In this document: positions 19,966 to 28,514 of the stretch, one piece after another
How positions within the stretch are numbered: the stretch's first letter is position 1
How the letters are laid out: each line of letters opens with the position of its first letter
Source: Thainema sp.
GTDB taxonomy: Bacteria > Cyanobacteriota > Cyanobacteriia > Phormidesmidales > Phormidesmidaceae
Length of the DNA: 64,000 nucleotides
NCBI GenBank assembly: GCA_052168235.1
Contig: JBQLZK010000002.1
Location: forward strand, 128,001-192,000
Reading direction: 5' to 3'
Made by a program: the position numbers and the translations under genes
The notes under the pieces: generated by a model
Told to the model about the DNA's origin: nothing
Seen by the model: only the letters and a program-made list of their open reading frames with translations
Database searches by the model: none

Positions 19966-20237
19966 TTTTTCTTTTGCAAAGACCGTGCGCCGAAGTGATA
20001 AACCGCACGATGCCCAATCCGAATCACCCAAGGTTGAGCATCAGGATACTGTTCAAACAAGCGATTCGTCGCAGGCAAAACCTGATCCGCAACCTCAAAC
20101 GCACCCGTCTCAATATCAATCGCAACAATTCTGCCCTCATTGCCAGCCTCAACCTGCTGCCGAATACCCGATTCGTACAGCTCTTGCCCTCGTCGAGCCA
20201 ATTCCTCTTTGCTATGTCGCCGCTGTCGAACTGCCAT
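19962..20237 (-). CDS. Small partner protein translationally coupled to the aspartic protease (DUF5678-like)
   Basis: 'EELARRGQELYE...GRIVAIDIETGAFEV...VIRIG'; TA-like two-gene layout. Confidence 0.75.
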   Translation of the reverse strand: MAVRQRRHSKEELARRGQELYESGIRQQVEAGNEGRIVAIDIETGAFEVADQVLPATNRLFEQYPDAQPWVIRIGHRAVYHFGARSLQKKK

Positions 20238-20371
20238 ATTTCGCCCTAGCTCAACGCCCAACACAATTATATCTTGAGCAAAAATCAGCTTTTGCAGTGC
20301 GACTCATGCAACCATTGTCGGTTGTAGCACTGTTATTTCTAGGACGCATCATCGCATCCCATCACCTGTTA

Positions 20372-20794
20372 TCACGGCATTTTGCTTCTAAACTGCGCCT
20401 GGTTGAGCAGTGTGCGTAATTGCTTCCAGGTATAGGCCATTTCCGCTCCTAAGACCCCGATGTAAAAACCCGCCAAGCCATAGATAAACTCAGGGGGATA
20501 ATCACGGGGATACTGTGTCCGATCCATCAGCAGCTCAACAGCAATGCCTCCTAAAAGCAGAATCACCATGAAAATCGCAATGGGATCAGGTTGAACCGAA
20601 TAGCGAACCTTTCCTTCCACCCGATCCGTCACAACCACACGAGCACGCGGTATCAAGAGACGAAAAACACCGCGTTTGGGTAAAAACGTGCGGCGACGCG
20701 TCGCAATCAAACGTTGGTCAGCAACTTTGATATCAAATATAGGGTTTGAGGTAAGCAGCCGTTTGACAGCTTCAAATTCATTCAAAGAATCCAT
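20372..20794 (-). CDS. Hypothetical membrane protein (2 TM)
   Basis: 140 aa ORF, GAGG upstream of ATG, two hydrophobic segments. Confidence 0.65.
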   Translation of the reverse strand: MDSLNEFEAVKRLLTSNPIFDIKVADQRLIATRRRTFLPKRGVFRLLIPRARVVVTDRVEGKVRYSVQPDPIAIFMVILLLGGIAVELLMDRTQYPRDYPPEFIYGLAGFYIGVLGAEMAYTWKQLRTLLNQAQFRSKMP

Positions 20795-20901
20795 TACCCG
20801 ACCTCTTGCAAAAATAGTTATTCACTGCCCAACATTTAACCGTGCCTTGAATCGTAGCACTGGTTTTTGGGAACACACTATCTCTGCAATCACTTGTTAT
20901 A

Positions 20902-20933
20902 GGCGCGTTTCGCTTCGCTCAACACACCCTACA
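20902..20933. repeat. REP-like half element (copy 2 of 2)
   Basis: ggcgcgtttcgcttcgctcaacacaccctaca. Confidence 0.7.
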
Positions 20934-20963
20934 CAGAAATAGTGATCCTGCTTTCAGTGCCCT

Positions 20964-21047
20964 TTCTAGCGCCTTTTGGATGACAGTATCGAAATTCTGC
21001 GGGTTGTCAGTGGCGATCGCAACTTGCAAGATGTTTTTCCGGAATAA
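20964..21047 (+). pseudogene. C-terminal remnant of a ParE/RelE-family toxin
   Basis: Hand translation F*RLLDDSIEILRVVSGDRNLQDVFPE*, matching the ParE C-terminal pattern 'FYR...IEILRVV.G.R.L'. Confidence 0.65.
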
Positions 21048-21071
21048 GCGATCGCAACTCCCGTATTGCAA

Positions 21072-21605
21072 CTACACCAAAAGACTCAACCAGCGATCCG
21101 TTTCCGCAGGCGATCGCAACCGCAAAACAGTCAGATGAGCATACTCCGGCTGCTGTAGCAGAATCGGGTATTACCGCCGTCGCCGATGATAGGTTTGCAG
21201 CGCCCAGAGCAGAATCGACTCGCGACTGAAAAACGACAATCGCCAATTCTCTCGATTGCCATTACACACTAGCTCCTGCGTCATCGCCCGCCGCACCGTA
21301 CGACGCAGCAAACGGCTCATAATCACGGGCAGCGAATAGTCCAACCAAATCAGCGTATCGGCTCGTTGCCAAATGTGCGATCGCACCGGACTGTAATTGC
21401 CATCCACCACCCAGCGATCACCCGACAGCGCCACCTCCACCCGCGCCTGAAACACCTCATTCGGCACTTCGATCCAGCCTGGCTCCCAATGCAGCGCGTC
21501 GAGTTCAACATGGGGCAGTGCCAAACGCTGAGCCAACTGCCGCGCCAGCGTTGTCTTTCCGGCTCCGCTGGTGCCAATCACCACAATTTTCTGAGCGCTA
21601 CTCAT
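21072..21605 (-). pseudogene. Adenylate-kinase-like / topology-modulation P-loop protein with premature stop
   Basis: 'IGTSGAGKTT', 'WVVDGNY'; TAA at 21171-21173 followed in frame by YPILLQQPEYAHLTVLRLRSPAETDRWLSLLV*, the normal family C-terminus. Confidence 0.8.
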
Positions 21606-21688
21606 CCAACGCCAACCTGCCATCTACTCAACATTCGGCAAGTTAACTACAACGCTCTCCCAGCCAATTCCGCGTTGATAGCGTCAAT

Positions 21689-21910
21689 TTATTTTGGCAT
21701 CGCTTCAATTAACGCTCTCAAAGCTTTGTTAACTGATTCTGGTGTCTTGAAAACCTGAGCTACATCATCATCTAAAACAACTACCTTTAGCTGATTTTCT
21801 TTACTACGGGCCGCAAACCGATTCGGCCTCGCTTTCTGATAATCGAACTGGTATTCAGCTAAAAGCTCATCATTCGAATTTTGGGGCCGATCAGAGGCCA
21901 TTTTGTTCAT
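21689..21910 (-). CDS. BrnA-like antitoxin
   Basis: 'EYQFDYQKARPNRFA...VVLDDDVAQVFKTPESVNKALRALI'; overlaps the 3' end of the BrnT remnant. Confidence 0.78.
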   Translation of the reverse strand: MNKMASDRPQNSNDELLAEYQFDYQKARPNRFAARSKENQLKVVVLDDDVAQVFKTPESVNKALRALIEAMPK

Positions 21911-22037
21911 AATCCTCACGTTCTTGGCGTTTAGCTAAACGAGCACTAATAATACGAATGCGCCTAGCTTCTTCAAAGCTAACATCGTGCTTCTTCAAAT
22001 TAGCGGCAGCTTTTGCCTGATCCCATTCAAATTTCAT
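21891..22037 (-). pseudogene. brnT: BrnT-family toxin with an in-frame internal deletion (48 aa)
   Basis: MKFEWDQAKAAANLKKHDVSFEEAR joined directly to RIRIISARLAKRQEREDYEQNGL; the central part of the usual ~90 aa protein is missing. Confidence 0.85.
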
Positions 22038-22135
22038 CCCCAGATCATATCCAACTTAATTCAAAGAGAAAACGCAAATCCCATGATTCACATGGCATGA
22101 TCGCTATATCTAGATATCCAGCTAATCACCTCTTC

Positions 22136-23209
22136 ATGCCTACGCCGACTCTTTCACCCGAACTCCAACAGCGACTCGCGACTCCGCTCCAGATTGGTCA
22201 CGTTACTCTGCACAGTCGGGTGCTGCAATCGCCGCTGTCGGGCGTGACGGATTTGGTGTTTCGCCGCTTGGTGCGCCGCTATGCGCCGACTTCGATGATG
22301 TATACCGAAATGGTGCATGCGTCGGGGATTTGCCATGCCAAAGAGCTGCCCTGCATCATGGATGTCGATCCCAATGAGCGACCCATTAGCATTCAACTCT
22401 TTGACTGTCGGCCTGACTTCATGGCCGAAGCAGCGCAGATGGCGGTAGCCGAAGGGGCTGAAACCATCGATATTAATATGGGTTGCCCGGTGAACAAAAT
22501 CACCAAAAAGGGTGGCGGTTCTTCTCTGCTGCGGCAGCCAGAACTAGCGGCGGAGTTGGTGCAAACCGTGGTGAATGCGGTGGATGTGCCCGTTTCCGTC
22601 AAAACCCGCATTGGCTGGGACGATAACGACATCAATGCCGTCGAGTTTGGCCTACGCATGCAGGAGGCCGGAGCGCAGATGCTTACCCTGCACGGTCGCA
22701 CTCGCGCTCAGGGCTACAATGGCACCGCTCGTTGGGAGTGGATCGCCAAGGTGAAAGCTGCACTGGATATTCCCGTAATCGCTAATGGTGACATTAACTC
22801 GGTGGAATCCGCCATTCGCTGCCTGGAACTGACCGGAGCCGATGGCGTCATGTGCTCGCGCGGGACGCTGGGCTATCCGTTTTTAGTAGGCGAGATCGAT
22901 TATTTCCTCAAAACCGGACAAGAAAAAGCGCCACCGACCGTGATTGAACGCTTACGCTGTGCCCAAGAGCATCTGCAAATGCTGTGGGAGTACAAGGGAA
23001 TGCGCGGTCTGCACCAAGCTCGCAAGCACATGACCTGGTATGTCAAAGGATTTGCCGGAGCGGCAGAACTGCGCGATCTCATGTGCCAAATGCAGTCGGT
23101 TGAAGAAGGAACGCAATTGCTCGAAGCTGCGATCGCAACTTTAACAACTTTAAATTCAGCAAATTTAAATCATTCAGCCGAGCCAAGCGTAGGCTTGGTA
23201 GGGGTTTAA
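22136..23209 (+). CDS. dusB: tRNA dihydrouridine synthase DusB
   Basis: 'SPLSGVTD', 'IDINMGCPV', 'VKTRIGWD', 'LHGRTRAQ', 'VIANGDI', 'GADGVM'. Confidence 0.95.
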   Translation: MPTPTLSPELQQRLATPLQIGHVTLHSRVLQSPLSGVTDLVFRRLVRRYAPTSMMYTEMVHASGICHAKELPCIMDVDPNERPISIQLFDCRPDFMAEAAQMAVAEGAETIDINMGCPVNKITKKGGGSSLLRQPELAAELVQTVVNAVDVPVSVKTRIGWDDNDINAVEFGLRMQEAGAQMLTLHGRTRAQGYNGTARWEWIAKVKAALDIPVIANGDINSVESAIRCLELTGADGVMCSRGTLGYPFLVGEIDYFLKTGQEKAPPTVIERLRCAQEHLQMLWEYKGMRGLHQARKHMTWYVKGFAGAAELRDLMCQMQSVEEGTQLLEAAIATLTTLNSANLNHSAEPSVGLVGV

Positions 23210-23429
23210 CGCCAACTGGGTTCGGATTCACTCCCCTCGCCCCTGTCCTAATCGCGCTAGGATGGAAAACAAAGTCTTATCAAAGTGTGTCTTAAAGATT
23301 GACAACGTGCGATCCATTTGCCGTTAAGTTTGTTACATCAGCCCTGTGAGCTTCACCGTAAGATTCATAGGCTTGTAAGATACAACGATAAGATTGAATT
23401 AACCATAGCTGCTTCCATAGGCTGTACAG

Positions 23430-24071
23430 ATGACATCATACGCAACCTCATCGACTCGGGCAGATGTGAGTGAATTGCGCCGTTTGAAGACCTTGCTGCC
23501 GCCAGAGCTGAAAAGCTGGGTCACGGTGGAATCCTCCACGGTCGTCAATCCGCCGCTGATCACCTGCGAAGAAATTGGCAAAGATCAGGTCGAAATTCAA
23601 ATTGACCTGGTGCGCTGGGATCAACTCGCCATCGATCAGCGCAACCTTATGTTCTGGCACGAAGTTGCCAAAATTCAAAACGACACGATTCCCCGTGATG
23701 GTTGGGAGATGGCAGCGTTAGCGATTGGTCTCGGTGGCGCAGTCGGTGAACTTTGGGTACAGGATGGCCTGTTGCTGATCCTTGCCCTTGCCCTCTGTGG
23801 TGTCTCTGGCTTCCGCCTCTACAAGCGCAACAATGGGGAGCGCAAACTGCAAGAATCAATCTCAGCCGACGAAAAAGCGATCGCACTTGCCACTCGTTTT
23901 GGCTACACGCTGCCCAATGCTTACAAGAGCCTCGGTAGTGCGCTGAAAACGCTGATTGAACAATCGCCGAAGAAGCGCCAGCGACAAAAATACGAAAAGC
24001 GCCTAGATGCTCTGAAGCGCAGCGCCGCCCGCGCCAAGGATCGCGCTCGCGGTTCGCGAATGCCGTCCTAA
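23430..24071 (+). CDS. DUF3318 family protein
   Basis: 'ELRRLKTLLPPEL', 'DQRNLMFWHEV', 'LAIGLGGAVGELWVQDG', 'ADEKAI'. Confidence 0.75.
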   Translation: MTSYATSSTRADVSELRRLKTLLPPELKSWVTVESSTVVNPPLITCEEIGKDQVEIQIDLVRWDQLAIDQRNLMFWHEVAKIQNDTIPRDGWEMAALAIGLGGAVGELWVQDGLLLILALALCGVSGFRLYKRNNGERKLQESISADEKAIALATRFGYTLPNAYKSLGSALKTLIEQSPKKRQRQKYEKRLDALKRSAARAKDRARGSRMPS

Positions 24072-24110
24072 TTCGTCTGAGTACGTCTCAGTACAATCGA
24101 ACATATGTAT

Positions 24111-24144
24111 AAAAGCGCCAGGTCAATGCTGACCTGGCGCTTTT
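24111..24144. terminator. Bidirectional terminator
   Basis: aaaagcgccaggtca-atgc-tgacctggcgctttt between convergent genes. Confidence 0.8.
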
Positions 24145-24187
24145 GTTTTTACAGCTTGGATATGATGTGAAGTAGTTGGCAAGACGT

Positions 24188-25354
24188 TTACGATTCAGAT
24201 TGTGCAATCGGCAGCAGATCAGCATCAAATTTCAAGCTGTCCAGAATAGTCTTAGCTGCAGGCCAGTAAGCATCAGCCATTTCCGGCGGATAAAGCAGCG
24301 TCACCTGTACGGCTTGCCCGTTAGTTTGACCAATCAGAATATGTCCCGACTGTTCCATATCGGTGCTGACATCAAACACCATCTCAAACCAGGAGTAGGG
24401 AAACTCACTCGCCGTATCGGCGCGGCTACCGTCCAGCATCCAGCCATTGCTTTCAATCAAACCATTCGGGCCAGTGATAAATGGCATTAGTTCAGTTGTT
24501 GAGGGAGTACCCGCTGGCAGAAAGACATGCACATAAGCATCATCGAGAGCGTTCCCTTGCGGCCTGAAGGTAAAGAAAATGCCAACGCCCTCTCCGCTAC
24601 CTGCACTCATGACCTCGACCTGATCGGCAGGATACTGGGCCATTACTGGAACGCCAGCGGCTGTTTCGTCAAAGGTTTGTAAATTCGATTGCTGTAAATT
24701 TGACTGTTCAGTGGGAGCGGCTTCTGTGTCCTCAGATATTGTCTCTTCTTCTACGTTATTGTACGTCTCAGCCGGAAGTTGAGGCACTAAAACGGGCTGC
24801 TCGCCTGCCATCTCGACTTCGTAGAACAAACGGCTTTGCCCCGAGGCGCAGCAGAGCGCGTCTTCAGGTGTGTAGCGATTGAATGATGCGTCTAAATAAC
24901 CTTCACGATAGAGATCAAAATCGGCCAAACTGCCATCGGTACGGGAATCCATTGGCATGGGTGACAGCGTACCTGCAAATTCTCCATCGGAAAAGACAAA
25001 CACTTGGTACTGCAACGGGCGACACATGCCATCGGCATCGGCCATGCCCATGATCACCGTTGTGTCATTGAAGATTTCCGCCGATCCGGTGAGCGTCCAG
25101 CCTGCGGCCTCAACTAGAGCATCTTCCGGCAGCGTGGCTTGACGCACACCGATATCGCAGTTGGGTAGATTATTACCACCTTCATACATCGGGGCCTGGG
25201 GAATTTCGGCTCCGGCTGTATTCCAATTTGTTTCCTGATCCAGCCAAGTTCCTGAGGGGTCAGACGGTGCAGATTGTGCGATCGCACTTTGGGTTAACAG
25301 CAGCGAAGTTGTTAATAGTAGAGAGTTCGACAGCCCCAAAATAATTTGTTTCAC
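24188..25354 (-). CDS. Secreted protein with LppP/LprE-like domain plus a second acidic domain
   Basis: GTG start after AAGGAG; signal peptide; 'DGMCRPLQYQVFVF..G.FAGTLSP.PMDSRTDG', 'YTPEDALCCAS'. Confidence 0.7.
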   Translation of the reverse strand: MKQIILGLSNSLLLTTSLLLTQSAIAQSAPSDPSGTWLDQETNWNTAGAEIPQAPMYEGGNNLPNCDIGVRQATLPEDALVEAAGWTLTGSAEIFNDTTVIMGMADADGMCRPLQYQVFVFSDGEFAGTLSPMPMDSRTDGSLADFDLYREGYLDASFNRYTPEDALCCASGQSRLFYEVEMAGEQPVLVPQLPAETYNNVEEETISEDTEAAPTEQSNLQQSNLQTFDETAAGVPVMAQYPADQVEVMSAGSGEGVGIFFTFRPQGNALDDAYVHVFLPAGTPSTTELMPFITGPNGLIESNGWMLDGSRADTASEFPYSWFEMVFDVSTDMEQSGHILIGQTNGQAVQVTLLYPPEMADAYWPAAKTILDSLKFDADLLPIAQSES

Positions 25355-25439
25355 GGCTATATTCTCCTTGCAAAGAAATTCAAGGAATACCATACCAATA
25401 ACTGAGTATCCCAAGATTAGTTCTTTCGCTTCACTTCAG

Positions 25440-26780
25440 CTAAAGTCCGGATACATCGGTAGTGTTTCCGGGCGTAGACGGTTGGGCCTGGAGTTGATCG
25501 AGTTTGTTCTGTGCCTGCAACAGCAGCACTTGTGCATCTCGATAAGCGGTTGTCCCGTTTTCAATTTGCTTGAGCTGATTGATAATGCCTTGAATTTGGC
25601 TAATCAGCCTATTCCGGTCGTAGCGAGCGGAATTTGCCTGGAGTGTTTGAATATTACGCTGCGCTTGCTGAAGAGTCTCCACGGCCTTCGCTTCTTGTTG
25701 GCGACGAACCTGAATTTGGGCCAAGTTATCGCGGTATTCAGCGCGCAAATGTTGCGCCTCTGTATAGCCGACTGAATCTTCAGGAGAAACCTGATCGAGG
25801 TGTTGGATCGCGTCCTGCCACATGTTTTCAACTCTCTGCCATTCTTCAACTGAATGGGGCGGATTCTGTCCTGCTTGAGCCGCTCTGATACCGTAATCCC
25901 GCGCAATCTGGATTTGAGTCGCTGCTTGTTGATTGCTCGCGGCCAGTCCGACGGTATCCTGCCACTCCCGTTGTGCTGCCGTTAATTGTTGCTGAGCTAT
26001 CCGACCCGCTAAGGTTTGCGATGGCACCTGCGCCAGTTGAGCCAGTGCTGATTGCCAAGCTTGGCTAGCCGTGAGCTGAGCGGCAGCCGTATTTGCTTGC
26101 TGATATTGCTGTTTAGCCAGATCGATGGCTTGCTCTGCGTCTGTTAATGCGGTCTGAGCGTTACGCTCCTGGATCGCTTTGGCATCAAGCCGACCAATCT
26201 CGCGGCGAGCTGAATCAAATCCGGCATGGCTCATCCGGCTATACCACCACCAGGAGCGGTATCCCGGTAGTTCATCCCATAGCCAAAGCGGCAGTTTATC
26301 CAGATGTTCTTTTGCTTCTGCGACTTTCTGAGCGCCTAAATCAATGTCAGCTGGAGTCGTTGCATTGTCCACAAGCTGCTTGGCCTGTTCAACGGCGTCA
26401 ATGGCGGCCCGATAGCTGTGATCCATTCTGGTATAGCTGGGCAGTAGGAGAATCGGAGCATTCTCAGCAATGGGGCGACGAATTGGCGGATAAGGCAGAT
26501 TGATCGCCCATAGTGTACCGACGGGTACACCCACGAGTAGAGTCATGCCAATCAGTTTGCCAGTCCATCGGTTTTTGTGCTGGGGGGATGCGGATTTTAG
26601 AGAATGTGGTTTGTACTGCGCTAGGACTTCTTGCTCTAGCTGTTGCAGAGTTTTTTGCGATGATGTCGTTGGCAGCGGCGCACTGGGCAGAGACGCAGGT
26701 GCTTGAGCGGAGGGCGGCGCACTAGGCTGGCTCACCTGATTGGCCCGAAACCAAGAATGAAACTTCGAAAACAGCCCCAT
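25440..26780 (-). CDS. Hypothetical membrane-anchored helical-repeat protein
   Basis: 446 aa, one TM, 'NLPYPPIRRPIAENAPILLLPSY', Q/A-rich helices. Confidence 0.75.
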   Translation of the reverse strand: MGLFSKFHSWFRANQVSQPSAPPSAQAPASLPSAPLPTTSSQKTLQQLEQEVLAQYKPHSLKSASPQHKNRWTGKLIGMTLLVGVPVGTLWAINLPYPPIRRPIAENAPILLLPSYTRMDHSYRAAIDAVEQAKQLVDNATTPADIDLGAQKVAEAKEHLDKLPLWLWDELPGYRSWWWYSRMSHAGFDSARREIGRLDAKAIQERNAQTALTDAEQAIDLAKQQYQQANTAAAQLTASQAWQSALAQLAQVPSQTLAGRIAQQQLTAAQREWQDTVGLAASNQQAATQIQIARDYGIRAAQAGQNPPHSVEEWQRVENMWQDAIQHLDQVSPEDSVGYTEAQHLRAEYRDNLAQIQVRRQQEAKAVETLQQAQRNIQTLQANSARYDRNRLISQIQGIINQLKQIENGTTAYRDAQVLLLQAQNKLDQLQAQPSTPGNTTDVSGL

Positions 26781-26984
26781 GATGTTCTATGGCTACTTTA
26801 GCGTTTGAGATCCAGTCTCCAGTATGCCCATTTATATGGGGCCAAGTCACGAGTATTTATGACGCACAACAAAGTCTGAGACAATGACAATCTTGGGATG
26901 AAGATAGAAATAATTTTTTGTTGTGTGAGCGTTGCCAACACAACAAAGTCATCTTCCAATATCAAGCCTAGTTGAAAACCCATA

Positions 26985-27035
26985 ATTTACTGTTTGTGAA
27001 ACGTATGCGGAGCATACGTTTCACAAACAGTAAAT
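26985..27035. repeat. Perfect 24-bp inverted repeat with GGA loop
   Basis: atttactgtttgtgaaacgtatgc-gga-gcatacgtttcacaaacagtaaat, between divergent genes. Confidence 0.85.
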
Positions 27036-27096
27036 CGGGTTCTTATACACAGACTTGATCTAACCAGTAACATAAGGCGATTTCGAGGATAGGTGA

Positions 27097-27561
27097 GTGC
27101 CGCAAGTTGTTTTAGTTGAACCCCAAATTCCACCCAATACAGGCAATATCGCCCGCACCTGTGCGGCTACGAATACCGAACTGCATTTAGTGGGGCCATT
27201 GGGGTTTGAAATTAGCGATCGCTATTTGAAGCGAGCTGGATTGGATTATTGGCCGCATGTCAAACTGCATGTGCATGAGTCAATGGCCGAGTTTGAGCAG
27301 CACGCCCGCAGTCGGGGCGGACGCTGGATTGGATTTACCAAATTGGGCAGCCGCAACTACACTAAGCTGAGCTATCAGCCGGATGACTGGCTGCTGTTTG
27401 GTCGTGAAACAACGGGACTGTCTAAAGAAATCTTGGCGGCCTGTCACGAAACGGCGCGGATTCCGATGGCCAATTGTGGTGTGAGAAGTTTGAATCTGTC
27501 GGTCAGCGTGGCAATTGGTTTGTTTGAGGCGCGGCGGCAGTTGGGGTATTTGGAGGAGTAG
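27097..27561 (+). CDS. trmL: tRNA (cytidine(34)-2'-O)-methyltransferase TrmL
   Basis: 'EPQIPPNTGNIARTC', 'KRAGLDYW', 'LFGRETTGL', 'RSLNLS'. Confidence 0.95.
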   Translation: MPQVVLVEPQIPPNTGNIARTCAATNTELHLVGPLGFEISDRYLKRAGLDYWPHVKLHVHESMAEFEQHARSRGGRWIGFTKLGSRNYTKLSYQPDDWLLFGRETTGLSKEILAACHETARIPMANCGVRSLNLSVSVAIGLFEARRQLGYLEE

Positions 27562-27690
27562 CTGGGGGTGAGGCGAGAGGAGTGATAGGTTAGGAGATTA
27601 GAGGGGCAGGGGAGATGGGGAGTGGGGGAGCTAAGGGTGAAGTAGGAATGAGGTGAATGAGTAGTGTTGGGTGTAGCGGGGGTGACACTA
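27562..27690 (+). repeat. Degenerate purine/G-rich short tandem repeat tract
   Basis: ggggtgaggcgagaggagtgataggttaggagattagaggggcaggggagatggggagtggggg..., strongly strand-biased. Confidence 0.5.
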
Positions 27691-27798
27691 CTTTTACTTT
27701 GACGGCTTTTTAATTGGCAGATCAAGCTGATATACCATCGTGGAGGATTGCGATCGCATATCAAACTTTCTCTCTTAAGCCCTGACTCCTAAGTTTAT

Positions 27799-28416
27799 CT
27801 AGGGTACTTCGTCCTGCTCTTCAACTAGCCCTAAGCTACCTAGGGGACGATAGGTGTAGGGATGGCGGGGTGTTTTTTGGATGTCTTCTTTGATGCCATC
27901 GAGATCAATGTATCGATCCGACACATTGATCAGACTATCGCTGGTCATGGAGCGGAGGCTGACAACCTCGACGCGGACGCCTCGGTAGCTGACGGCATCG
28001 ACGGCATAGGCCAAGTCGCCATCGCCACTGACGAGGACAGCGGTATCGTAGGAACCGACCAGCGCCATCATATCGACCGCGATTTCAACGTCTAAATTAG
28101 CTTTCTTGGAGCCGTCCGGCAGTTGAACGAGATCCTTAGCGATGACACGGTAGCCGTTGCGGCGCATCCAGAGCAGAAAGCCCTGCTGCTTTTCATTGGT
28201 GCGATCCACACCCGTGTAGAAAAAGGAGCGGAGCAGCCGAGAACCTGCGGTCAGACGACACAGCAGTTTGGTGTAGTCAATTTCAATACCGAGCTGTAGA
28301 GCGGCATAAAACAGATTAGAGCCATCAATAAAGATGGCTACGCGCCCTCGATTTTCTAAAACCTGTTCGGGTGTTGAAAATACAGAATCGCCCTCTATAT
28401 CGGGACTATGAAACAT
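27799..28416 (-). CDS. NYN-domain (LabA/DUF88 family) protein
   Basis: 'VAIFIDGSNLFY', 'KANLDVEIAVDM', 'LVSGDGDL'. Confidence 0.9.
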   Translation of the reverse strand: MFHSPDIEGDSVFSTPEQVLENRGRVAIFIDGSNLFYAALQLGIEIDYTKLLCRLTAGSRLLRSFFYTGVDRTNEKQQGFLLWMRRNGYRVIAKDLVQLPDGSKKANLDVEIAVDMMALVGSYDTAVLVSGDGDLAYAVDAVSYRGVRVEVVSLRSMTSDSLINVSDRYIDLDGIKEDIQKTPRHPYTYRPLGSLGLVEEQDEVP

Positions 28417-28514
28417 GTGAAAACCTCTATATTATGTGATCCAATGTTAGGCAAGAGGCATAGATAAATCTGCATACCTCTCAATTTCGTCTAAGTTTGT
28501 AATGAATGTTAGTT

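Noticed and set aside
22013..22135. N-terminal extension of DusB, and a dus-targeting integrative element
   Set aside because: The extension overlaps brnT and is unlike DusB. No integrase or duplicated dus 5' end is visible.
24078..24110. LexA box (agtac..., cgaacatatgtat)
   Set aside because: Imperfect match, located between convergent gene ends.
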